Shown piece after piece: positions 9,051-18,438 of a stretch of 36,701 nucleotides of DNA (its first letter is position 1; each line of letters opens with the position of its first letter). The stretch covers positions 1 through 36,701 of the forward strand of contig JAVKIJ010000025.1 in the NCBI GenBank assembly GCA_031459535.1, written 5' to 3'. The translations under genes were made by a program, and so were the position numbers. The notes below the pieces were generated by a model. The model was not told where the DNA came from. It worked only from the letters and a program-made list of their open reading frames with translations, and did no database searches. Source of the stretch: Candidatus Fervidifonticultor quintus. Lineage in GTDB: Bacteria; Sysuimicrobiota; Sysuimicrobiia; Sysuimicrobiales; Humicultoraceae.

Positions 9051-10976
9051 GTGGCAGGGACGCCGAGAGTCACGTTTCAACCGGACGGACGCACCGTCGC
9101 CGTCGAGGGAGGCCAGACGCTCCTGGACGCGGCGCTGGCAGCCGGTATCCTCCTCAACAGCACGTGCGGAGGCCGCGGGATCTGCCAGCGCTGCCGGGTT
9201 CGCGTCAGCGACGGCGGCGTGGACGTGGACGAGTCCGGACGGCTGCCCGGCAGCCCGGAGGTCCTGGCGTGCCTGACCCGCGTCACCGGGGATGTCGTGG
9301 TCGAGGTGCCGCTCACCTCCCGCACCGAGGGCGAGCAGATCCTGCTGGGAACCGAGCGGTGGACCGGACCGTTCCTGGCCATCCCCGAGGAGGCCGGAGC
9401 GGGCCTCCCCCGTGCGGCCGAGTTCTTCGTCCCCAGCCCGCTGGCGTTCGCGCTGGCGATGGACCTGCCGCCCCCGACCCTCCACGACTGCATCAGCGAC
9501 CTGCAGCGCCTAACTCGGGAGCTGCGGCGCCGCCGCAACATCCGCGAGGTGCACGTGCCTCTGGAGGTCCTGCGGTCCATGCCGGCCGTCATGCGGCGGG
9601 ATGACTGGAATGTCACCGCCGTCCTGACGCGGACCAACGGCGGATACGAGGTGGCGGATCTGTTGCCGGGCCTCCACCCCACGAAGGTCTGCGGCGTGGC
9701 CGTCGACGTGGGCACCACCACCGTCGTCGTCCACCTGGTCGATCTCGAGAGCGGGACCACCCTGGGGGCGGCGGCCGCCCTCAATCGCCAGGTGGCCCAC
9801 GGGGACGACGTGATCTCGCGAATCATTCACGCGGGTGAGCCCGGAGGTCTCGAGCGGCTGCGGGCCGCGGCGCTGGACACCATCAACGTGCTGATCGGTG
9901 GGCTGGCCCACGCCCATCAGGTGGGTCGCCATGAGATCGTGGGTGCCGTCTGCGCGGGCAACACGACCATGGTGCACCTGCTGCTGGGCCTGCCCCCAGA
10001 CGAGATCCGGCGGGAGCCCTACATCCCCGGCGCGACGACCCCACCCAGCTATCGGGCCAGAGAGGTGGGGCTGCGCATCCACCCGCGGGCGCTGGTGGCC
10101 ATCGTCCCGGGCGTCAGCAGCTATGTGGGCGGTGACATCACCGCGGACGTGCTGGCATCGGGCATGGACGGTTCCGATGAGCTGGCCATGCTCATTGACG
10201 TGGGGACCAACGGGGAGACCGTGATCGGCAACCGAGACTTCCTCGTGTGCTGCGCGTGCTCGGCGGGCCCGGCGTTCGAGGGCGGTGGTATCACGTGGGG
10301 CATGCGGGCGGCGGCGGGTGCGGTCCAGCGCATCGAGATCGCCTCTGACGGTGCCCTGCGTTGGACCACGATTGGCGGGGTCCCTCCGCGCGGCATCTGC
10401 GGCTCGGGCCTGGTGGACCTGCTTGCCGAGCTGCTCCGCGCGGGGTGGATGGACCGGGCCGGTCGGTTGCGGCCCGATGCGCCCATCGTCCGGGAAGGAC
10501 CCGACGGCCTGGAAGCGGTGGTGGTCCCCGCCGCCCAGACCGCCACCGGCCTCGACCTGGTGGTGACCGCGGCCGACATCGAGAACCTGTTGCGCGCCAA
10601 GGCCGCGGTCTACGCCGGTGCGTCCCTGTTGTCCCGGCGCGTGGGGATCGACATGGCCGACCTCAAGCGCATCTACGTGGCCGGCGGCTTCGGCACCTAC
10701 CTGGACATCCGGAAGGCCATCCTGATCGGCCTGCTGCCGGACGTGCCGCCCGAGCGCGTCACGTTCATCGGCAATGGGTCGGTGATCGGCGCCAAGATGG
10801 CGCTGTTGTCCTATGAGGTCTGGAGGCGGGCGGCGGAGGTGGCTCAGAAGATGACCTACCGCGAGCTCAGCTCGGATGCAGCGTTCATGGAAGAGTACGT
10901 CTCGGCCGCGTTCCTGCCCCACACAGACTGTGCCCGGTTCCCTCGAGTCTGCGCCGAGCTGGGCATGCCGTCGTGA
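9051..10976 (+). CDS. acsV: Reductive activator of corrinoid protein (RACo/AcsV; [2Fe-2S] plus ASKHA ATPase)
   Basis: CGGRGICQRC...LAC ferredoxin domain; ASKHA motifs DVGTTT, GDDVISRI, DVGTNGE, SAGPAFEG, GICGSG. Confidence 0.93.
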   Translation: MAGTPRVTFQPDGRTVAVEGGQTLLDAALAAGILLNSTCGGRGICQRCRVRVSDGGVDVDESGRLPGSPEVLACLTRVTGDVVVEVPLTSRTEGEQILLGTERWTGPFLAIPEEAGAGLPRAAEFFVPSPLAFALAMDLPPPTLHDCISDLQRLTRELRRRRNIREVHVPLEVLRSMPAVMRRDDWNVTAVLTRTNGGYEVADLLPGLHPTKVCGVAVDVGTTTVVVHLVDLESGTTLGAAAALNRQVAHGDDVISRIIHAGEPGGLERLRAAALDTINVLIGGLAHAHQVGRHEIVGAVCAGNTTMVHLLLGLPPDEIRREPYIPGATTPPSYRAREVGLRIHPRALVAIVPGVSSYVGGDITADVLASGMDGSDELAMLIDVGTNGETVIGNRDFLVCCACSAGPAFEGGGITWGMRAAAGAVQRIEIASDGALRWTTIGGVPPRGICGSGLVDLLAELLRAGWMDRAGRLRPDAPIVREGPDGLEAVVVPAAQTATGLDLVVTAADIENLLRAKAAVYAGASLLSRRVGIDMADLKRIYVAGGFGTYLDIRKAILIGLLPDVPPERVTFIGNGSVIGAKMALLSYEVWRRAAEVAQKMTYRELSSDAAFMEEYVSAAFLPHTDCARFPRVCAELGMPS

Positions 10977-10991
10977 GGAGGGAGTGAGCTG

Positions 10992-11759
10992 ATGCCGCTG
11001 GTAATTGCCGTCGCGGGGAAAGGGGGCACCGGCAAGACGACCTTGGCAGGATTGCTGGTGCGGGCCCTGCGGCGCGCGGGCCGCACGCCCATCCTCGCCG
11101 TGGACGCCGACCCCAACACCAACCTGGACGTGGCGGTGGGGCTGCGGCCCGACCGGACAATCTCCGATGTCCTCGACGCCACCAAGGGCATGCGCGACGT
11201 GCCGGCCAACATGTCCCGGATCGACTACCTGGGCTACCAGCTCGAGGACTGCCTGGCCGAGGGCCGCGGCGTGGACCTGATCGTGATGGGCCGGCCGGAG
11301 GGTGCGGGTTGCTACTGCGCCGCCAACCACCTCCTTCGCGAACACCTCGATCGGCTCATGGCCAGCTACCCGGTCGTGGTGATGGACAATGAGGCCGGCA
11401 TGGAGCATCTCTCGCGCCGCACCACCAGCAACGTGGACGTGTTGTTCATCGTCAGCGATCCGACCCTGGCCGGCCTGAAGGCCGCGCGGCGCATCCGGAC
11501 CCTGGTCGAAGAGCTCAAGCTGTCGGTGCGCACCATGGCGCTGGTGATCAACCGGGCCGACGGGCTGCCCGAGCCGGTTCGGCGTGACCTGGCCGCGGAC
11601 GGACTGCGCCTGGCCGGGCTCATCCCCTTCGATCCGCTGCTGGCGGCCTGCGAGCTGGAGGGGCGACCGTTGCTCGACCTCCCCGACGACGCGCCGTCGG
11701 CGCGCGCGGTGGATGAGATTCTGGCCGCGGTCCAGATGGCGGGGGCGACCCAACGATGA
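10992..11759 (+). CDS. acsF: Second CooC-family Ni-insertion ATPase (AcsF/CooC2, probably for ACS)
   Basis: GKGGTGKTT, DADPN, MGRPEGAGCYC, DNEAGMEHLSR; located in the acs cluster. Confidence 0.85.
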   Translation: MPLVIAVAGKGGTGKTTLAGLLVRALRRAGRTPILAVDADPNTNLDVAVGLRPDRTISDVLDATKGMRDVPANMSRIDYLGYQLEDCLAEGRGVDLIVMGRPEGAGCYCAANHLLREHLDRLMASYPVVVMDNEAGMEHLSRRTTSNVDVLFIVSDPTLAGLKAARRIRTLVEELKLSVRTMALVINRADGLPEPVRRDLAADGLRLAGLIPFDPLLAACELEGRPLLDLPDDAPSARAVDEILAAVQMAGATQR

Positions 11760-12373
11760 GCGTGTACCTGACGACCTACGAAGGGCTGTGCGGCCGCCTG
11801 GCGGCGCACCGCCTGGACCTTCTCGCGGAGCGGAGCGGGGCCGCCAGGCTCGCGAACGACCGCCTGCGCCTGCGCTGTGCTGGCCGCGACTACGTCGTGC
11901 TCCACCCCGACGGGACTGTGCTGCAGGAGGACGGCTCGCCCGCGGACGTGCACGTGGCAATCTTGCTCCTGCTCTACCTGCTGGAGGCCACCGGCCAGCC
12001 GGCTGCGGATCAGTGGATCTCGTTCGAGCAGCTCCCCGGCGGCCCCGGGTACCTGGCGTCGTTTCGCGGGCGCGTGGTCGCGCCCATCATGAGGGTGTTT
12101 GGCCCGCAGCCCGAGCGGCTGCTGGCGGCGGCGCGGGCGCTGGACGGCGAGCCCATGGCGCTGGGAGACGTGGCCGTGCGCATCCCGGCGCTCCCGCGCG
12201 TGCCGATCGCCTACATCCTGTGGCGCGGAGACGACGAGTTGCCTCCCAGCGCATCGGTGGTGTTCGACGCGTCGGTCGTGGGGTACCTCGATGCCGAGGT
12301 CCTGACCGCGCTGGCTGAGCTCACATCGCGGCGGCTCGTGGCCGCCGCCGAGCAAGTGACCGGGGAGGGATGA
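11756..12373 (+). CDS. DUF3786-like protein (corrinoid/RACo-associated)
   Basis: ILLLLYL, WISFEQLPGG..Y...F, LPRVPI..ILW.GDDELP..ASVVFD pattern; ATGA-coupled to the preceding gene. Confidence 0.75.
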   Translation: MSVYLTTYEGLCGRLAAHRLDLLAERSGAARLANDRLRLRCAGRDYVVLHPDGTVLQEDGSPADVHVAILLLLYLLEATGQPAADQWISFEQLPGGPGYLASFRGRVVAPIMRVFGPQPERLLAAARALDGEPMALGDVAVRIPALPRVPIAYILWRGDDELPPSASVVFDASVVGYLDAEVLTALAELTSRRLVAAAEQVTGEG

Positions 12374-12377
12374 TGCG

Positions 12378-13349
12378 GTGCCCGTGGAGTTGGTGCGCGA
12401 GACCTGGCCAGGCAAGATCTTCAGCGTGACCATCGGCGCTACTGCGGCCGAGGGCGGCACGCGATCGAAGACCGTCACCATTGGCGGGCACGCTGCTCTG
12501 CCGTTTCTGCCCACCGACGCTCCCAGCCCGCACCGTCCGGTGGTCGCCATGGAGGTCATGGACGCGGTGCCGGCCGACTGGCCCGCGGTACTGCGCGACC
12601 CTCTCGCCGACGTGCTGGACTCGCCGGCTGCCTGGGCCCGCAAAGCGGTGGAAGTCTATGGGGCGGACCTGGTCTGCCTGCGCCTGTGGAGCCCGCACCC
12701 GGACTGGAAGGACGCCTCGCCGGAATCGGCGGCGGAGGTGGTGCGGTCGGTCCTGGAGGCGGTCTCCGTTCCGCTGATCATCCTGGGCTGTGGGCATGCC
12801 GAGAAGGACAACGACGTCTGGCCCCGCGTCACCGAGGCGGCGAAGGGCGAGCGGTGCCTGGTCGGTGTGGCCGTGCCGGAGAACTACAAGACCCTGGTCG
12901 TCGCCTGCCTGGCAGACGGGCACGCGATTCTGGCCGAGGCGCCCATCGACGTCAACATTCAGAAGCAGCTCAGCATCCTCATCACCGAGATGGGGATGCC
13001 CCCGGAGCGCATCGTGCTCCATCCGGGCACCGCGTCGCTGGGCTACGGACTGGAGTACGAGTATTCCATTATGGAGCGCATCCGCCTGGCGGGGCTGCAA
13101 GGCGACAAGATGCTGGCCCAGCCCATGGCGGCCATCATCGGCGAGGAAGCCTGGAAGGCCAAGGAAGCACGCCTCTCGGACAGCGAGATGCCAGCCTGGG
13201 GCTCGGCCGCCCTGCGGGGTCCGGCCTGGGAGGCGGGGACCGCGGCTGCGTTCCTGCACGCCGGCGCCGACCTGCTGGTGCTGCTCCACCCCGAGGCGGT
13301 GGCGGCCACCAGGAAAGCGATCGAGGCGTTGACGGCTGTGCCCGCGTAG
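12378..13349 (+). CDS. acsD: Corrinoid iron-sulfur protein small subunit AcsD
   Basis: TIGGHAALPF, EKDNDV, APIDVNIQKQL, LGYGLEY.YSIMERIRLAGL.GDKML, AWKAKEA. Confidence 0.95.
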   Translation: MPVELVRETWPGKIFSVTIGATAAEGGTRSKTVTIGGHAALPFLPTDAPSPHRPVVAMEVMDAVPADWPAVLRDPLADVLDSPAAWARKAVEVYGADLVCLRLWSPHPDWKDASPESAAEVVRSVLEAVSVPLIILGCGHAEKDNDVWPRVTEAAKGERCLVGVAVPENYKTLVVACLADGHAILAEAPIDVNIQKQLSILITEMGMPPERIVLHPGTASLGYGLEYEYSIMERIRLAGLQGDKMLAQPMAAIIGEEAWKAKEARLSDSEMPAWGSAALRGPAWEAGTAAAFLHAGADLLVLLHPEAVAATRKAIEALTAVPA

Positions 13350-13359
13350 GAGGACGACA

Positions 13360-14145
13360 GTGTTCATCATTGGCGAGCGCATCAACGGGATGTTCCGATC
13401 CGTGGCCCGGGCGATCCGGGAACACGACGCCGCGGCGATCGCCGAGCTGGCCAGGCGGCAGGTGGCCGCCGGCGCGCACGCGCTGGACATCAACACGGGC
13501 CCGACAGCCGAGGACCCGGCGCAGGTCATGGCCTGGCTCGTGCAAACCGTCCAGGAAGCCGTGGACGTGCCGCTCTCCATCGACAGCGCCAGACCGCCGG
13601 TCATCGAGGCGGGGCTAAGGGCCTGCAAGCGCCGGGCGATCATCAACTCCACCACCGGAGCCAAGGCCAAGCTCGACGCGTTGCTGCCGCTGGCGGTCCA
13701 GTTCGACGCCGATCTCATCGCGTTGACCAATGACGAGCGGGGCATTCCCCGCAACGCCGCCGCCCGCGCAGAGATCGCGTTCACCATTGTGGCCCGGGCC
13801 ATGGAGGCCGGTCTGCCATCGAACCGGCTCTACCTCGATCCGATCGTCCTGCCGGTGAACGCGGCCCAGGACCAGTGCAAGGAGGCCCTGGAGGCCATGA
13901 CGTTGTTCCGGACCCTGGCAGACCCTCCGCCGCACATCATCGTGGGCCTGAGCAACGTCTCGCAGGGCACGACCAACCGCAGCCTCATCAACCGGACCTA
14001 TCTCACCATGGCCATGGCCCTGGGGTGTGACGCGGCCATCCTCGACCCCAACGACCGCGAACTGATGGACGCGGTGCGGACGGCGGATATCTTGTTGAAC
14101 AAGGAGATCTACGCAGAGGGCTACCTGCAGGCGAGGTCCGCGTAG
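13360..14145 (+). CDS. acsE: Methyl-THF:corrinoid iron-sulfur protein methyltransferase AcsE
   Basis: MFIIGERING, LDIN, SIDS, IINST, DPIVLP, GLSNVS, LINRTYL (pterin-binding TIM barrel); RBS GGAGG. Confidence 0.95.
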   Translation: MFIIGERINGMFRSVARAIREHDAAAIAELARRQVAAGAHALDINTGPTAEDPAQVMAWLVQTVQEAVDVPLSIDSARPPVIEAGLRACKRRAIINSTTGAKAKLDALLPLAVQFDADLIALTNDERGIPRNAAARAEIAFTIVARAMEAGLPSNRLYLDPIVLPVNAAQDQCKEALEAMTLFRTLADPPPHIIVGLSNVSQGTTNRSLINRTYLTMAMALGCDAAILDPNDRELMDAVRTADILLNKEIYAEGYLQARSA

Positions 14146-14159
14146 GAGGAGGTGACCCC

Positions 14160-14624
14160 GTGGCCGGGCTCGCGCTTGGCAAGACGGTGGACGAACTGGC
14201 AGTCGGCGATCGGGCCTCAGTCACCAAGATCGTCACGGAGACCGACATCCACCTGTACGTGGGCATGACCGGCGACCTCAACCCGCTGTACGTGGACGAA
14301 GCATACGCGGTGCGCAGCCGGTACAAGGGCCGCATCGCCCCGGGGATCCTCACGGCGGGGCTGGTCATTGCGGTGATCAGTACCAAGCTGCCCGGGCCGG
14401 GCACGATCCTGGAGCAGCAGTCGTTCCACTTCACGGCGCCGGTGCGCCCCGGCGACGCCATCACCGCGTTCGTCGAGGTGACAGAGGTGATGCTGTCGCG
14501 GGGACGCGCACGGCTGCGGACCGTGTGCAAGAACCAGGACGGGGTGCCGGTGCTGGAAGGGGAGATGACGGTGCTGCCTCCGCCGCGCGTGCACCCGGCT
14601 GGAGGGGTCGAGGGCTTTCGGTGA
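14160..14624 (+). CDS. MaoC/PhaJ-like hot-dog fold protein (catalytic His replaced by Tyr)
   Basis: TGDLNPLYVDEAYA, RIAPG, LPGPGTI, FTAPVRPGD, CKNQDG; RBS AGGAGG. Confidence 0.85.
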   Translation: MAGLALGKTVDELAVGDRASVTKIVTETDIHLYVGMTGDLNPLYVDEAYAVRSRYKGRIAPGILTAGLVIAVISTKLPGPGTILEQQSFHFTAPVRPGDAITAFVEVTEVMLSRGRARLRTVCKNQDGVPVLEGEMTVLPPPRVHPAGGVEGFR

Positions 14625-16021
14625 CCTACGAGCAGGCGCTGGTGTACATTGAGGGGCTGCTGGTCGGCCGGATGCCGTCGCCGCAACCGTACACGCCCCT
14701 CAAGCTGGAGCGTATGCGCCACCTATGCGCGTTGCTCGGCCACCCCGAGCGAGGCTTCCCGGCGGTTCTCGTAGCCGGCACCAAGGGCAAGGGCTCCACC
14801 TCCGCGATGATCGCCGCCATGGCCACAGAGGCTGGCTGGCGGGTGGGTCTGTATACCAAGCCCCACTTGGTCGACTTCAGAGAGCGCATACGGGTCAACG
14901 GCGTCTTGATCCCGCCGGACGACCTGGTGCCGCTCGTCGAGGAGCTCAGGGACGCCATAGAAGGGACACTGGACGAGCCGGGATGGCCGCCCACGTACTT
15001 CGAAGCCTCAGCCGCCCTGGCATTCATGTACTTCACCCGCTTTCCTGTGGACCTGGCGGTGATCGAGGTCGGTATCGGCGGCCGGCTCGATGCGACCAAC
15101 GTGGTGGAGCCGCGCGTCTCGGTGATCACCACCGTGGGCTACGATCACACCGACCTCTTCGGCAACAACCTGCGGCGGATCGCGGCGGAGGACACCGGCA
15201 TCATGCGTGCCGGCCGGGTTGTCGTGGCTGCCCCGCAGCCCCCGGCGGCGCGCGAGGTGATCGAACAGGCCGCGGTTGCCCAGGGGGCCACGCTGGTTCG
15301 GGTCGGGCGGGACGTCCGCTACCGGACGCTGCGGTCCACCGAAGCGGGCGTCCGCCTCTCGGTCCGGGGCCGGAGGGGTCACTACCGGGACCTGGCCGTG
15401 CCACTGCTGGGCCAGCACCAGGCCATCAACGCGGCGGCGGCGATCGCTGTGGTCGAAGCCCTGGCCGAGGAGGGGCTGATGATTGCCGAGCCCGCCATCC
15501 GCGCCGGCCTTGCCGGGCTGCGCTGGCCGGCTCGCATCGAGATCGTCCGCGAACGTCCCACGGTCATCGTAGATGTGGCCCACAACGTGGTGTCGTTTCG
15601 GGCCCTGCGGGCCGTGCTCGATGGCGTCTTCGCCCGCCGCAGGGTGGCGCTGGTCATCGGGCTGCTCGGCACCAAGGACCTGGGAGGCATTGCCCGCGTC
15701 ATCGGCCCACGGGCCGCGCTCGTGGTGGCGACCCGGGCCCACGACGAGCGCGCGCTGCCGGCGTCTGCCGTCGCAGAGGCGTTTCGGCCGGTGGCACCAG
15801 AGGTGCACGTGGTCGAGGACCCGGTCCGAGCCGCCCAATTCGCCATGGCGGCATGCGGCGACCACGATGTGGTTTGCGTCACGGGCTCGTTTCACGTCGC
15901 CGGGCCCGTGCGGGCCCACTTGGTGGGCGCCGCCGTGGGCGAGCGGGTAGGGGAGCCCGGCCATTGGCCGGGGTGGGCCCTTGGGGTGCCCGTGGCAGAG
16001 GGGGTGGAGAGGGTGCCATGA
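14621..16021 (+). CDS. folC: Folylpolyglutamate synthase / dihydrofolate synthase
   Basis: VAGTKGKGST, YTKPHL..FRERI, EVGIGGRLDATNV, GQHQAINAA, WPARIE, DVAHN, VTGSF. Start GTG 14621 overlaps the upstream stop (GTGA). Confidence 0.92.
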   Translation: MTYEQALVYIEGLLVGRMPSPQPYTPLKLERMRHLCALLGHPERGFPAVLVAGTKGKGSTSAMIAAMATEAGWRVGLYTKPHLVDFRERIRVNGVLIPPDDLVPLVEELRDAIEGTLDEPGWPPTYFEASAALAFMYFTRFPVDLAVIEVGIGGRLDATNVVEPRVSVITTVGYDHTDLFGNNLRRIAAEDTGIMRAGRVVVAAPQPPAAREVIEQAAVAQGATLVRVGRDVRYRTLRSTEAGVRLSVRGRRGHYRDLAVPLLGQHQAINAAAAIAVVEALAEEGLMIAEPAIRAGLAGLRWPARIEIVRERPTVIVDVAHNVVSFRALRAVLDGVFARRRVALVIGLLGTKDLGGIARVIGPRAALVVATRAHDERALPASAVAEAFRPVAPEVHVVEDPVRAAQFAMAACGDHDVVCVTGSFHVAGPVRAHLVGAAVGERVGEPGHWPGWALGVPVAEGVERVP

Positions 16022-16710
16022 TCGTCGCGGAGCGCAAGTCCCTTGAGGCAATCCTCCAGATGATGGCCCCGTACCGCAAGGTCCTGGTCGTGGGATGCGC
16101 CACCTGCACATCGGTCTGCCTGGCCGGCGGTGCCCGCGAGGTGGCCATGCTGGCCCCGCTGGTGCGCATGGCCCGACAGACTCGTGGCGAGCCGCCGCTG
16201 GAAGTGCTGGAGGCAACGGCACAGCGGCAGTGCGACCGGGAGTTCCTGCTGCCCCTGGCAGCCCAGGTCGAGGAAGCGGAGGCGGTCTTCTCCATGGCGT
16301 GCGGGTGCGGGGTCCAGTTGCTGGCTGAGACCTACCCGCAGCGCCGTACCTTCCCCCTGCTAGACACCAAGTTTATGGGCGTCGTCCTCGAGCCGGGGTG
16401 GTGGGCCGAGCGGTGCCGGGGGTGCGGCGAGTGCGTGCTGGACCGCACCGGCGGCATCTGCCCCATCACCCGGTGTTCCAAGGGGCTCCTCAACGGCCCC
16501 TGCGGCGGTTACCGCGACGGGAAGTGTGAGGTGGACCCCAGCGTGGACTGCGGGTGGCTGTTGATCTTCCAGCGCCTGCGGGAGCTGGGGGAACTGGAGC
16601 GGATGCGCGAGATTCTGGGTCCGAAGGACTGGTCAGTGGCCGCAGTCGGCCGGCCGCGGCGCGTGGTGCGAGACGACATGAGGCAATCCATCGAGGAGGT
16701 ACCCGCATGA
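16018..16710 (+). CDS. metV: Methylene-THF reductase Fe-S/Zn subunit MetV
   Basis: Starts at ATG 16018 (ATGA overlap with folC). GCATCTSVC, RQCD, ACGCG, CRGCGECVL..TGGICPITRCSKGLLNGPCGG...CEV....CGW. Confidence 0.9.
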   Translation: MIVAERKSLEAILQMMAPYRKVLVVGCATCTSVCLAGGAREVAMLAPLVRMARQTRGEPPLEVLEATAQRQCDREFLLPLAAQVEEAEAVFSMACGCGVQLLAETYPQRRTFPLLDTKFMGVVLEPGWWAERCRGCGECVLDRTGGICPITRCSKGLLNGPCGGYRDGKCEVDPSVDCGWLLIFQRLRELGELERMREILGPKDWSVAAVGRPRRVVRDDMRQSIEEVPA

Positions 16711-18419
16711 GCACGGTGACCATGAAGAGCGACCTGGAGATCGCCCAGGAGGCGAAGCTGCTGCCCGTCGTGGAGATCGCCAGGCGGTTGGGGCTGACCG
16801 AGGACGACCTCGATCTCTATGGCAAGTACAAGGCGAAGATCCATCTGGACGTGATGGACCGCCTGGCCGATCGGCCCAACGGCAAGTACATCACGGTCAC
16901 GGCGATCACCCCGACCCCGCTGGGCGAGGGCAAGACCACCACGGCGCTCGGGCTCGGGGACGCCCTCAGCCGTCTGGGCTACCGCACCATCAACACGCTG
17001 CGCCAGCCCTCGATGGGGCCCACGTTCGGAATCAAGGGGGGCGCCGCCGGCGGCGGATACGCGCAGGCGGTGCCCATGGAAGACTTCAATCTCCACTTCA
17101 CCGGTGACATCCACGCGGTCGGCGCGGCCCACAACCTGCTGGCGGCCATGCTCGACGCCCACATCATGCACGGCAACGAACTAAAGATTGACCCGTACTC
17201 GATCACCTGGCCGCGGGTGGTGGACATCAGCGACCGGGCGCTGAGGAACATCATCATCGGCCTGGGCACCAAGGAAGACGGCCGCCCGCGCGCGACCGGG
17301 TTCGACATTACCGTGGCCTCGGAGGTCATGGCCATCCTGGCGCTGGCCAGCGATCTGGCCGACCTGCGGGCGCGGTTGGGCCGGATCGTGGTGGCGACCA
17401 CCGAGGACGGGCAGCCGATCACCGCCGAGGACCTGAAGGCCGCCGGGGCCATGGCGGTCCTGCTCAAGGACGCCCTGATGCCCAATCTGATCCAGACCCT
17501 GGAGAACAATCCGGTCATCGTCCACGCCGGGCCGTTCGCCAATATTGCCCACGGGAACAACTCCATCGTCGCCGACAAGATCGCCGTCAAGCTGGCCGAC
17601 TACGTCATCACCGAGAGCGGCTTCGGCGCCGACTGCGGTGCAGAAAAGATGATCAACATCAAGTGCCGGTACTCCGGCCTCAAGCTCGACGCCGTGGTGG
17701 TGGTGGCCACGATCCGGGCGCTCAAGATGCACGGCGGCGTGGGGCGCGTGATCCCCGGCCGGCCGCTGCCGCCGGAGCTGGTGAGCGAGAACGTGGAGGC
17801 GGTCCAGCGCGGCTGCGCCAACCTCCAGAAGCACATCGAGAACATGAGGCAGCACGGCCTGCCCGTGGTGGTCGCCATCAACCTGTTCCCGACCGACACC
17901 GACCGCGAGATCGAGGTGGTCCGGCAGGCTTCCCTGGAGGTCGGCGCCGTGGACGCGGTCACCAGCGAGCACCACGCGAAGGGCGGCGCAGGCGCCATCG
18001 AGCTGGCCAGGGCCGTCGTCAAGGCCGCCGAGCAGCCCAGTCAGATGACGTTCCTCTACCCGCTCGAGATGCCGATCAGGGAAAAGATCGAGACCATCGC
18101 CACCAAGATCTACGGCGCCGACGGTGTGGACTTCGAACCGCTGGCCGAGCAGAAGATCCGGCTCTACACCAAGCTGGGGTATGACCGGCTCCCCATCAAC
18201 ATGGCCAAGACGCACCTGTCGCTGTCCCATGATCCCAACCTCAAGGGCCGGCCGCGCAACTTCCGGCTGCCGGTCCGGGACATCCGGGCCTCCGTGGGCG
18301 CCGGATTCCTCTATCCGCTGTGCGGGCAGATGCGGACCATGCCCGGCCTGCCCAAGGTCCCGGCGGCAGTCAAGGTTGACCTCGATTTGAAGACCAGGAA
18401 GGTGGTCGGGCTGTTCTGA
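16707..18419 (+). CDS. fhs: Formate--tetrahydrofolate ligase
   Basis: TPTPLGEGKTTT, RQPSMGPTFGIKGGAAGGGYAQ, FNLHFTGDIHA, HAGPFANIAHG, MAKTHLS, TMPGLP. ATG 16707 with RBS GGAGG and ATGA overlap. Confidence 0.97.
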   Translation: MSTVTMKSDLEIAQEAKLLPVVEIARRLGLTEDDLDLYGKYKAKIHLDVMDRLADRPNGKYITVTAITPTPLGEGKTTTALGLGDALSRLGYRTINTLRQPSMGPTFGIKGGAAGGGYAQAVPMEDFNLHFTGDIHAVGAAHNLLAAMLDAHIMHGNELKIDPYSITWPRVVDISDRALRNIIIGLGTKEDGRPRATGFDITVASEVMAILALASDLADLRARLGRIVVATTEDGQPITAEDLKAAGAMAVLLKDALMPNLIQTLENNPVIVHAGPFANIAHGNNSIVADKIAVKLADYVITESGFGADCGAEKMINIKCRYSGLKLDAVVVVATIRALKMHGGVGRVIPGRPLPPELVSENVEAVQRGCANLQKHIENMRQHGLPVVVAINLFPTDTDREIEVVRQASLEVGAVDAVTSEHHAKGGAGAIELARAVVKAAEQPSQMTFLYPLEMPIREKIETIATKIYGADGVDFEPLAEQKIRLYTKLGYDRLPINMAKTHLSLSHDPNLKGRPRNFRLPVRDIRASVGAGFLYPLCGQMRTMPGLPKVPAAVKVDLDLKTRKVVGLF

Positions 18420-18438
18420 CCGAGCAGGAGGGGTTGCG

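Noticed and set aside
14725-16017. Long N-terminal extensions in the ORF track for metV (14725), nuoF (29485), mvhD (24309), fhs (16554) and the GltD fusion (27833)
   Set aside because: They overlap upstream genes in another frame and are low-complexity; RBS and ATGA/GTGA overlaps mark the shorter starts.
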